This document shows, in pieces, positions 7,447 to 16,545 of a stretch of 24,000 bases of DNA (the stretch's first letter is position 1; each line of letters begins with the position of its first letter). Under the pieces are notes generated by a model. The model saw only the letters and a list, made by a program, of their open reading frames with translations, was not told the origin of the DNA and ran no database searches. Origin of the DNA: Bacilli bacterium (GTDB taxonomy: Bacteria; Bacillota_I; Bacilli_A; RFN20; CAG-826). Location: NCBI GenBank assembly GCA_041672305.1, contig JBAYZW010000004.1, forward strand, positions 559 to 24,558, in the 5' to 3' direction. The translations under genes and the position numbers were made by a program.

Positions 7447-8400
7447 ATGGAATGGTATTGGATTTTATTAATTGTTCTTGGATCAATATTAGTTTTTGCT
7501 TTGTTCTCTGGCATCATTTTAACTTTTCTGACGGCCTATATTATTTTCACCAAGCAATTAGTTCGCACTTCAAAAAAGAAATGGAATCGTTCTTGCTCTG
7601 CTCCTGAAAACGTTGAACAAATGGAAATGTGGAATGCCTCTTTGGCATGGGCAGAAAAAGAAAAGCAGTATAAGGAAGATGTTCATATTATTAATGATAA
7701 ATTGAATCTTTATGGTGAATTTTATAATTATGGAAGTAAGAAAACGGTGATCATTCTACCTGGAAGATGTGAAAGTCTTGCCTATAGCTATTATTACGCT
7801 GAACCATATCATCAATTAGGAATTAATGTTTTAGTCGTAGATGCTCGTTCTCACGGATGGAGTGATGGAAAATATAATACCGCGGGTATTTTTGAAAGTG
7901 ATGATGTCTTAGCGTGGCTTAGTTTTCTTTATAAAGAAAAAAAGCAAACCTCTGTCTATGCTCATTGTATTTGTATCGGTGGAGCAGCGGCTCTTATCGC
8001 AGCCGTTAGTGATCGAGCACCAAGCTACTTTAAAGGCATTGTTTTTGATGGTCTATTCTATAGTTTTAAGGAAGTGTTTGCTAATCACCAGGTAGCATTA
8101 GGCCATGGATTATTCCCTGTTTTCTATCAAATTTGGTTTTGGTTTAGACTTAAGACAGGCGTTTCTATCAATAAATCATTCCCCTATTTATATCTTCCTA
8201 AATTAAAGATACCCGTCGTATTCTTCTACGGAGAGAAAGATATTTATTCTTTGCCAGAAAGAAGCCAACTGCTCTATGACTCATGTGGCAGTCAAGATAA
8301 GTCGATTATCTGGTTTCCTAACGGAGCGCATAGTCATATTCGCTTAAATAATTTAAAAGAATATGATCAAGCAATCATCGACTTCTTTAGTAAGTATTAA
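7447..8400 (+). CDS. membrane-anchored alpha/beta-fold hydrolase with Cys at the nucleophile-elbow position
   Basis: An N-terminal TM helix (WILLIVLGSILVFALFSGIILTFLTAYIIF) is present. The core pattern is VIILPGR...VDARSHGWSDG...HCICIGGAA...GEKD...GAHSH. The usual G-x-S-x-G-G reads C-I-C-I-G-G, encoded at nt 7966-7983, with the Cys codon at 7972-7974. Confidence 0.75.
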   Translation: MEWYWILLIVLGSILVFALFSGIILTFLTAYIIFTKQLVRTSKKKWNRSCSAPENVEQMEMWNASLAWAEKEKQYKEDVHIINDKLNLYGEFYNYGSKKTVIILPGRCESLAYSYYYAEPYHQLGINVLVVDARSHGWSDGKYNTAGIFESDDVLAWLSFLYKEKKQTSVYAHCICIGGAAALIAAVSDRAPSYFKGIVFDGLFYSFKEVFANHQVALGHGLFPVFYQIWFWFRLKTGVSINKSFPYLYLPKLKIPVVFFYGEKDIYSLPERSQLLYDSCGSQDKSIIWFPNGAHSHIRLNNLKEYDQAIIDFFSKY

Positions 8401-9284
8401 TTTAAATCTGATTTTTTAGGAAGGGAGATAATAGCTCCCTTTTTTGTGACTGTCACAGCACTGCATTGAGTGGCAAATTTCATCGCTTCTATAATGCTTT
8501 GATCATTACTTAAAGAATAAGCAAAAGCTCCGAGATAACTATCTCCTGCTGCCGTGGTGTCTATCGCTTTAACTTTAAGAGCTTTGATGAAGAATTCATC
8601 ATTTCTATTAACGAGAAGAGATCCTTTTTCTCCCAGCGTAACAATGACATTTTTCATCCCCAATTTTAATAATTCTTGAGCCTTTTGTTCACTATTCATT
8701 TGTTCATTTTTTATGTAACCATCGAGCTCGTGTTCATTGGGAATAAAAAAATCAATATAAGGAAAAACCTCAGTTGGTAATTCATGATAAGGAGCGGGAT
8801 TAAGAATTGTTATCATTCCCATCTCTTTAGCGTGTTTTAAAGCAAAACAAACGCTTTTTACAGGGTTTTCCAATTGAATCAATAATATTTTGGCATCATT
8901 TTCTCGCTCTAAAATAGAAGAAATATCGTTTTTGGTGATATCCATGTTAGCCCCAGGAACAATAATAATACGGTTCTCACTATTGGACATATCTAATGTA
9001 ATATTTGCTACGCCAGTATTTTGTTTGGAGGGCTTTAAAATAGTAGTGAGATCTTGCGCTTTTAAAAAGGAGGAGACAGCCTGGCCATTTTGATCTTGAC
9101 CAACAGCCCCAAAAAAGATTACATTACCACCTAGAAATTTTATTGCGCAAGCTTGATTGGCGCCTTTGCCACCGACATTGGAAAGAAATGAATCGCCAAA
9201 AACAGTGGTTCCTGGTTGAGGCAAAACATGGGTATAGGTGACATTGTCAACACTGACACTTCCGATGACTAAGATCTTTTTCAT
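8397..9284 (-). CDS. rbsK: ribokinase
   Basis: PfkB/ribokinase signatures GGKGANQA and DTTAAGDSYLGAF, 295 aa. The start overlaps the stop of the upstream nucleoside hydrolase gene (ATGA). Confidence 0.9.
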   Translation of the reverse strand: MKKILVIGSVSVDNVTYTHVLPQPGTTVFGDSFLSNVGGKGANQACAIKFLGGNVIFFGAVGQDQNGQAVSSFLKAQDLTTILKPSKQNTGVANITLDMSNSENRIIIVPGANMDITKNDISSILERENDAKILLIQLENPVKSVCFALKHAKEMGMITILNPAPYHELPTEVFPYIDFFIPNEHELDGYIKNEQMNSEQKAQELLKLGMKNVIVTLGEKGSLLVNRNDEFFIKALKVKAIDTTAAGDSYLGAFAYSLSNDQSIIEAMKFATQCSAVTVTKKGAIISLPKKSDLN

Positions 9285-10210
9285 TTGGAATAACTTTTTA
9301 AACTTTCTTCAACAATTAACCAAAATTTATCGACATCAATATCCATGGCGACTTCACAATTCTGTTCAAGATGGAGGTAATTGAAAACATCACAATTAGT
9401 GCGTCCATAACTTGACCCATGTGATAAATCAATTTGCACATTCATCTTTTGAAATTGAACTAAAGAATCATCAATTAATGAAGCGATAGTCACAGGATCA
9501 TGAAGGGGCGCGCCAGCGATATGAAAAGTTTTTTGTTGATTATTTAGAAATACTTTCATCAAATTAGTAAACAATAAAGAAGCCTTGTTATTAATGGAAG
9601 CAAAGCGATTTATTATTTCATCAGTAATTAAAACTTTACGGGTCACATTTAAACCAATCATCTTGACATGAAGACCCGAGTTTAAAACGATAGAAGCCGC
9701 TTCAGGATCGACGAGAATATTAAATTCGGCAGCTGGAGAAACATTGCCATTATCTACTGATCCGCCCATAAATATCACTTCTTTGATACGAGTTATAATA
9801 TGCGGTTCTAAGCGAATGGCGAGCGCCAAATTAGTCATGGGGCCAGTGGTTATAACAGTAACATTTTCGTTCTGCATCACTAAATCAATAATTAATTGGG
9901 CACCATAACGTGAGTCAAATTTCTTACTATATTTTGGGAAATCAAAGCCATCTAAGCCACTTTCTCCATGAACTTGTGGGCAAATCATTTGTTTTTGTAC
10001 TAAAGGAAAAGAAGCGCCTAGAGCGATAGGAACATCAATGTTTAAGTATTCGCAAATGTTCAAAGCGTTTTGTGATGTCTTTTCGATAGTTTGGTTTCCT
10101 GAGGAGACAGAAATGCCGAGCAAATTGAATTGGGGATGATGACCCGCTAATAAAATAGCAATAGCGTCGTCATGTCCTGGATCGCAATCAATGATTAGAT
10201 TTTTTTGCAT
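9281..10210 (-). CDS. ribonucleoside hydrolase (IU-nucleoside hydrolase family)
   Basis: The N-terminal fingerprint IIDCDPGHDDAIAILLA (DxDxxxDD) is present, in a 309-aa protein. An AGGAG SD lies upstream, and the stop is TGA. Confidence 0.9.
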   Translation of the reverse strand: MQKNLIIDCDPGHDDAIAILLAGHHPQFNLLGISVSSGNQTIEKTSQNALNICEYLNIDVPIALGASFPLVQKQMICPQVHGESGLDGFDFPKYSKKFDSRYGAQLIIDLVMQNENVTVITTGPMTNLALAIRLEPHIITRIKEVIFMGGSVDNGNVSPAAEFNILVDPEAASIVLNSGLHVKMIGLNVTRKVLITDEIINRFASINNKASLLFTNLMKVFLNNQQKTFHIAGAPLHDPVTIASLIDDSLVQFQKMNVQIDLSHGSSYGRTNCDVFNYLHLEQNCEVAMDIDVDKFWLIVEESLKSYSK

Positions 10211-10219
10211 AATAAACTC

Positions 10220-11413
10220 CTAGATTTTCATCATATCAACGACAATGTCTATCATTTTTTCAAATTCCTGAATAACTAAATATTCATAACGTCCGTGATG
10301 GTTATAACTTCCAGTCCCAAGATTAGGAGTCACAAGACCCATCTTTGAGAAAGTAGCTCCATCAGTGCCACCCCGAATTTTCGTGCTACGCGGAGTAATG
10401 CCATTTTTTAAGAGGGCGCTTCGCGCTAAATCAACAGCTCGAGAATCGCGTTCGACATAAGGCTTCATATTTTCATATTGATCCTTGATGGTAATGGAAA
10501 TAGTGATTTTAGGATACTTTTGTTGGAGATTTTCAGCGATCCTTTTAATTAGTTCACCTCTTTGCAAAAGCTTTTGCTTATCAAAATCACGAATAATCAT
10601 TTCAAGTTCGGCAGATTCGCTCGTTCCATTCAAGTTATTGATATGCCAATAGCCATCATCTTCACCAGCATCAAAGGGAGTTTCATCTTGTGGAAGGCCA
10701 TTAATTAATTCATTTAGTACTAACACAGCATTAATAAGGGCGTTTTTTCCTTCGCCGGGATGAACGGCCACTCCCCTCACAAAGACTTTTACTGATTGAG
10801 CATTAAAGTTTTCATAATCAATGCAATCGATATAGCTTCCATCAATTGTGACGGCATAATCAGCATCCATTTTCTTTAAATCAAAATGAGCTGCTCCTTC
10901 TCCAATTTCTTCGTCAGGAGTAAAGGCGATAGAAATATTATGATGTTCAATATCAGGATGTGCATGGAAATATGCCAAAGCACTCATAATAATAGCGATT
11001 CCAGCTTTATCATCAGCCCCTAATAAGGTATTGCCATCGGTAGTGATTAAATCTTGGCCAATATGTCTTGTTAAAGAAGGAAATTGTTTGGCTGATAAGA
11101 CATATTTATCATTAAGATGAATGTCTCGGCCATCAAATTCTTTGATAATGCGAGGAGAACAATTCTCATCGGTGACTTCTAAAGCCGTATCTACATGAGC
11201 ATTAAATCCAACCTTATCGCCCTTTCCTTTTAGATGAGCGTAAACAACACCAAACTCATCCATCATCGCGTCTTCAAGTCCTAATTCTTTAAGTTCTTGA
11301 ACTAATAAGCGTGATAAGTTCTTCTGTTTTTCCGTGGATGGCGTCTTTCCTGTCGTGTCGTTTGATTGGGTATCTATCTGGGCGTAGCGAATAAAACGTT
11401 GTATATTTTCCAT
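10220..11413 (-). CDS. pepT: peptidase T (tripeptide aminopeptidase, M20B)
   Basis: The N-terminus RFIRYAQIDTQS and the M20 metal-ligand contexts (HVDT, GADDKAG, DEEIGEG) are present, in a 397-aa protein. A GAGG SD lies 8 nt upstream. Confidence 0.9.
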   Translation of the reverse strand: MENIQRFIRYAQIDTQSNDTTGKTPSTEKQKNLSRLLVQELKELGLEDAMMDEFGVVYAHLKGKGDKVGFNAHVDTALEVTDENCSPRIIKEFDGRDIHLNDKYVLSAKQFPSLTRHIGQDLITTDGNTLLGADDKAGIAIIMSALAYFHAHPDIEHHNISIAFTPDEEIGEGAAHFDLKKMDADYAVTIDGSYIDCIDYENFNAQSVKVFVRGVAVHPGEGKNALINAVLVLNELINGLPQDETPFDAGEDDGYWHINNLNGTSESAELEMIIRDFDKQKLLQRGELIKRIAENLQQKYPKITISITIKDQYENMKPYVERDSRAVDLARSALLKNGITPRSTKIRGGTDGATFSKMGLVTPNLGTGSYNHHGRYEYLVIQEFEKMIDIVVDMMKI

Positions 11414-11452
11414 AACTTGTGCCTCGCTATTTATACTAGCATAATTATCATT

Positions 11453-11468
11453 ATTTCTTTAAAGAAAT
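11453..11468. promoter_or_regulatory. 16-bp perfect palindrome ATTTCTTTAAAGAAAT in the pepT / ORF-11512 divergent intergenic region (candidate operator)
   Basis: Read directly from the sequence: 11453-11468 equals its own reverse complement. A second small inverted repeat follows at once: cctgtt-tgttt-aacagg, 11470-11486. Confidence 0.3.
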
Positions 11469-11511
11469 TCCTGTTTGTTTAACAGGTTAAATAACATATA
11501 ATAATGACGAT

Positions 11512-12099
11512 ATGATTGAACAAATTGAAATTAAAAGAAAAATCTTCGATGTTGTTGAGCCCATCGGAGAAAGAACAAAAAAAGTGATGCGAAAGAACAA
11601 AACCTATTTTCTAAAAGATTTTGGAAACGATATTTCTGGTTTTGAAAAATTTGTTGACTCCGCCCACAAATTGTCTGTCTCTGGAATTGTTTCGCCAAAA
11701 GTCTATGTTTACGATAAACATATGCATATTGTGGCTACTGAATTCATTGATGGACCAACTGTTTTAGATGTCCTTCTTGAAAAAGATTTACCCGAAGAAT
11801 ATTTCCCTTTAATATTCACCGATAATTGGTATATGAAGAATAGTAATATCTTATTAAGTTTTGATCCCAAGAATTACAAATACCATCATGGTAAGCTTTA
11901 TTATATCCCTCAACTTTTCAACAAATATGATGAGAAGAAGACTTTTGAAAAAGTTGGCATCTGGTATTGGTTTTATTGTCGCGAATTCATTAAATATCTC
12001 GAGGCAAATAATCTACCTATTGACTCACAAAGAGCAAATGTAAATCAAGCTATAATTAATAAACAAATTGCTTTAACTGTCGTTAAATTTTATCGGTAA
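11512..12099 (+). CDS. hypothetical protein (195 aa) with faint, degenerate small-kinase-like motifs
   Basis: A clean ORF with no family hallmark I can name. Segments YFLK, HIVATEFIDGPTV, FDPKN and YYIPQ loosely recall the beta3 Lys, hinge, catalytic loop and metal loop of RIO/Kdo-type kinases, but the canonical Asp residues are not aligned. No SD is present. TATAAT lies at 11497-11502. Confidence 0.55.
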   Translation: MIEQIEIKRKIFDVVEPIGERTKKVMRKNKTYFLKDFGNDISGFEKFVDSAHKLSVSGIVSPKVYVYDKHMHIVATEFIDGPTVLDVLLEKDLPEEYFPLIFTDNWYMKNSNILLSFDPKNYKYHHGKLYYIPQLFNKYDEKKTFEKVGIWYWFYCREFIKYLEANNLPIDSQRANVNQAIINKQIALTVVKFYR

Positions 12100-12102
12100 T
12101 GT

Positions 12103-13011
12103 ATGGAAGATTATATTGTTTTTTCTTTATCACAAAATAAAAAGCTCGCCCAGGAAGTAGCTAGCAAGTTGCAAGTAGAATTGGGTCAAGTTTCTATCAC
12201 CCGCTTTTCTGATGGTGAATTGATGGTGAAAACTTTAAATGATGTTAAAAATAAAAATGCAATTGTTATCGAATCGACATTCAAGCAAGCTCATGAAAGA
12301 ATTTTTGAATTACTTTTACTCCTTGATTCTATTAATCGTTCGGGTGCTGCAAGTGTTCAACTATTCATCCCTTATTTTGGTTATTCTCGTCAAGAAAGAG
12401 TGAGTTGGATAAATGAGCCGGTCAGCTGTGAAGTGGTGAGTAAAATAATTGAGACGGCCAAATATGATTCGCTAGTTACATTTGATCTTCATCATCCTGA
12501 TATTGAAAAGTTTTTTACTCGCTCGATTATTAATGCTTCCACCACCGATTTATTTGCCGAATACTATTTAAACTACATTAAAGAGCACAACATCAATATT
12601 GATGATGTGGTTATCGTCTCACCTGATCACGGATCAAATACAAGAGCAGATTATTTGATGCACCGCATCGGCGGAACGAAAGTCATCCTTGATAAAGTGA
12701 GACCAAAACCTAATCTAGCTGAGCACCTTATTATTGATGGAAAATTCGTTAAAGATAAAATTTGCATTATCATTGACGACATTATTGACACTGGTGGAAC
12801 AATTATCTCGGCTGCCAAATTGCTTTATGAAAATGGCGCTAAAGATGTTCTCGTTGGTGCCACACATGCGGTGTTTTCCACCAATTGCTTAACAGAATTC
12901 TGCAAAGCTCACATTTGTGATATTGTGGTCACAAACACCATAGAGCAAAGATCAATCAAGGGTGTTACTGTTCTTGATATATGCCCATTAGTTATTGATC
13001 AAATTAAATAA
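12103..13011 (+). CDS. prs: ribose-phosphate pyrophosphokinase (PRPP synthetase)
   Basis: Contains FSDGE, PYFGYSRQER, the DLH motif and the PRPP-binding loop IIIDDIIDTGGT, in a 302-aa protein. Confidence 0.9.
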   Translation: MEDYIVFSLSQNKKLAQEVASKLQVELGQVSITRFSDGELMVKTLNDVKNKNAIVIESTFKQAHERIFELLLLLDSINRSGAASVQLFIPYFGYSRQERVSWINEPVSCEVVSKIIETAKYDSLVTFDLHHPDIEKFFTRSIINASTTDLFAEYYLNYIKEHNINIDDVVIVSPDHGSNTRADYLMHRIGGTKVILDKVRPKPNLAEHLIIDGKFVKDKICIIIDDIIDTGGTIISAAKLLYENGAKDVLVGATHAVFSTNCLTEFCKAHICDIVVTNTIEQRSIKGVTVLDICPLVIDQIK

Positions 13012-13016
13012 AATTT

Positions 13017-13057
13017 AGAGTGTTGTCCTTGCCTAACCACTCATAAAAACAAGGAGG
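13017..13057 (+). promoter_or_regulatory. putative class I preQ1 riboswitch (H-type pseudoknot) sequestering the queT Shine-Dalgarno
   Basis: P1 pairs GAGUG (13018-13022) with CACUC (13038-13042). The loop starts with U and ends CUAAC. The tail AUAAAAACAAGGAGG is A-rich. Loop UCCUUG (13026-13031) can pair with tail CAAGGA (13050-13055), which overlaps the SD AAGGAGG (13051-13057). The UAAC-P1-...AAAACAAGG layout closely matches my recollection of the Thermoanaerobacter and Bacillus preQ1-I aptamers. The element sits directly upstream of a queT gene. Confidence 0.65.
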
Positions 13058-13065
13058 AAATTATT

Positions 13066-13569
13066 TTGAAAATTTCAGTTAAAGATATGGCTTACAACGG
13101 CATCATTGCCGCCCTATATGTCGTTTTGACATTAATAACCTACCAATTCTCATATGGTCCTATTCAATTTCGGGTTGCGGAAATTCTCGTACTCCTCTGC
13201 TTTTTCCGCAAAGATTATATTATTGGACTAACAACTGGCACCTTAATCGCTAATATATTTTCTTCCGTTTCTCCATTTGACATTTTGTTTGGAACTGTTG
13301 CCACTATCGTTGCTTGCTTATTGGTTATGTATTCAAAAATTTTGCTAGTCGCTTTAATTTTCCCTGTGATTTCCAATGGTTTGATAATTGGTTTGTTAAT
13401 CTATATTTTTACTGATTCACCAGCTTCATTTTGGTTTTATGCTGGAACCGTCGCCCTTGGTGAACTTGCCGTGATGGTTGTTGGATATATTCTTTTTATG
13501 ATATTAAAAAGACAGAAGATGTTTTTAAAACTTATTCGTGCAAATCAGAATGTTGCTTTTAAACTATGA
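13066..13569 (+). CDS. queT: QueT family queuosine-precursor transporter (ECF S-component-like)
   Basis: A 167-aa polytopic membrane protein. The N-terminus DMAYNGIIAALYVVLTL...GPIQFRVAEIL is typical of QueT. The start is TTG, 8 nt after AGGAGG. The queuosine genes lie immediately downstream. Confidence 0.8.
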   Translation: MKISVKDMAYNGIIAALYVVLTLITYQFSYGPIQFRVAEILVLLCFFRKDYIIGLTTGTLIANIFSSVSPFDILFGTVATIVACLLVMYSKILLVALIFPVISNGLIIGLLIYIFTDSPASFWFYAGTVALGELAVMVVGYILFMILKRQKMFLKLIRANQNVAFKL

Positions 13570-13584
13570 TATTGTTTAAAATAG

Positions 13585-14717
<1,133 letters not shown>

Positions 14718-14718
<1 letters not shown>

Positions 14719-15749
14719 TGGATATCAATTTATTTGATTTTGCTTTACCTGAAGAGTTGATTGCTCAAAAACCCGCTCAACAGCGAGAACATTCTCGCCT
14801 TTTAGCCATTGACTACGCTCACAAAACTTACGAGGACAAAAATTTTTATGATATTCTCGATTATTTAAAAAAAGGTGATGTTCTCGTCCGCAATAACACG
14901 AAAGTCATTCCCGCTCGTCTATTAGGAATTAAAGAGAAGACAGGTGCTCACTGTGAATTGCTTTTGCTTAAGCAAATTCAAGGAGATAATTGGGAGTGTC
15001 TATGTCGTCCTGCAAAATCTTTAAAAACGGGAGCAAGAGTGGATTTTGGCGATGGAGCGTTAATCGCTGAATGCCTTGAAGAAAAAGAAGAGGGAATTCG
15101 CATTTTTAAATTTATTTATCAAGGTATTTTTCTAGAAGTACTTGATCAATTAGGCAAAATGCCACTTCCACCTTATATCAAAAAACAGTTATGTGGTAAT
15201 GATCGTTATCAAACTGTCTATGCTAAATATGAAGGGAGCGCCGCCGCTCCAACCGCTGGATTTCATTTCACGGATGAAATATTTCAAAAAATTCATGAAA
15301 AAGGTATCGAAGTTATCGATATCACTCTTCACATTGGCCTAGGAACTTTTCGACCGGTTAAAGTTAGTGATACAAAAGATCATATTATGCATAGTGAAGT
15401 TTATGAGATAAGCGAGGATTCAGCACGATTATTAAACGCAGCTAAAAAGGCGAATCGACGCATAATTGCTATTGGCACAACAAGCGTTAGAACATTGGAA
15501 GCGAATTATACAAAATATGGAATGTTTAAACCTACAAGAGAAGCAACAAACATTTTTATTCAACCAGGATATGAATTCAAAGTCGTAAAAGGATTAGTCA
15601 CTAATTTTCATCTTCCTAAATCAACATTAATAATGTTAGTTTCGGCTTTTATGGATCGTGAATTTACATTAGATATTTATCGTCATGCTGTTGACGCTCG
15701 CTATCGTTTTTTCTCGTTTGGAGACGCTATGTTTATCTATGGAAAATAA
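14718..15749 (+). CDS. queA: S-adenosylmethionine:tRNA ribosyltransferase-isomerase
   Basis: Contains FDFALPEELIAQKPAQQREHSRLL, PLPPYIK and AAPTAGFHFT, in a 343-aa protein. The start overlaps the tgt stop (TAATG). Confidence 0.95.
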
Positions 15750-16374
15750 TAAAAATTATCAAACAATCTTTAAAGAAATGCTTTTAAAGTTAAATACAAA
15801 GCCTAAACCGACACTTCTATTACATGTTTGTTGTGGCCCGTGTTTCACGATTCCTTTTGAAGAATTGAAGGACTATTTTGATATCACAGTAATGTTTAAT
15901 AATTCTAACATTTATCCTCGTCAAGAACACGACCGACGCCTCGATGAATTAAAGCGGTACATCAGTGAAGTATGCCCTAGTATTAAGATTGTTGAAGTTG
16001 AATACGATAATTTAACCTATAATAGAGATTTAATTCCTTATGCAGATCAAGCAGAGGGACATGAAAGATGTCATATCTGTTTTCGAAAAAGACTATCTTA
16101 TGGTTTTGATTATGCGGAACAACATAATTTTGATTATTACGGAACTGTCATGACTATTTCACGGTATAAAAATTCTCAGGATATTAATTCTATTGGTGAG
16201 GAATTAGCTAAGCATCACATTCGCACAAAGTGGCTCTATGCTGATTTTAAAAAAGACAATGGTTACGAAAAATCTCTGTTTTTAATTAGAGAGCATCAAA
16301 TGTATTTCCAACAATATTGCGGTTGTCTTTTCTCTTATCAAAAATATCTAGAAAAGAAAGCTAAAAATAATTAA
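15739..16374 (+). CDS. queH: epoxyqueuosine reductase QueH (DUF208 family)
   Basis: Contains the Cys motifs LLLHVCCGPC, ERCHICF and YCGCLFS. I start it at ATG 15739 (MENNKNYQ), not at the ORF-track 15685, whose first 18 codons lie inside queA. It overlaps the queA 3' end by 11 nt. Confidence 0.85.
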   Translation: MENNKNYQTIFKEMLLKLNTKPKPTLLLHVCCGPCFTIPFEELKDYFDITVMFNNSNIYPRQEHDRRLDELKRYISEVCPSIKIVEVEYDNLTYNRDLIPYADQAEGHERCHICFRKRLSYGFDYAEQHNFDYYGTVMTISRYKNSQDINSIGEELAKHHIRTKWLYADFKKDNGYEKSLFLIREHQMYFQQYCGCLFSYQKYLEKKAKNN

Positions 16375-16515
16375 AAAAAGAAAAAAATAGATGATAAAAA
16401 TCGGGTATTCGCTAATCTAAAAGTGATATTTTTTTTGATTTTTTGTATATTTTGTGATGTTTTATTGTCTTTTTTATCAATGTGAAAATTCGTTTTCTTA
16501 ATTTATTAAAAGATA

Positions 16516-16545
16516 TTGACACGCTCGCATACATAGGAGTATCAT
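16516..16545 (+). promoter_or_regulatory. sigma-A-type promoter of the S10 ribosomal protein operon
   Basis: TTGACA (16516-16521), an 18-nt spacer, then TATCAT (16540-16545). About 130 nt of A/T-tract DNA lies upstream (UP-element-like). It is the only consensus-like promoter between queH and rpsJ. Confidence 0.6.

Noticed and set aside
8890-9093. A 67-aa plus-strand ORF inside the ribokinase gene
   Set aside because: It is antisense to a well-supported rbsK coding region and has no SD or recognisable motif.
11453-11468. Interpreting the 16-bp palindrome as a CodY box, since pepT and peptidase genes are CodY targets in some lactic acid bacteria
   Set aside because: The CodY consensus I recall (AATTTTCWGAAAATT) has TTTC/GAAA half-sites separated by 1 nt. 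Here they are separated by 6 nt. I therefore keep it as an unassigned candidate operator.
15685-15738. The longer QueH start at 15685, and likewise the long starts of rpsC (20422), rplX (22703) and rpsQ (TTG 21845)
   Set aside because: The upstream codons lie inside the preceding gene in another frame and add non-homologous residues. Internal ATGs with properly spaced SDs give proteins that match the family N-termini.
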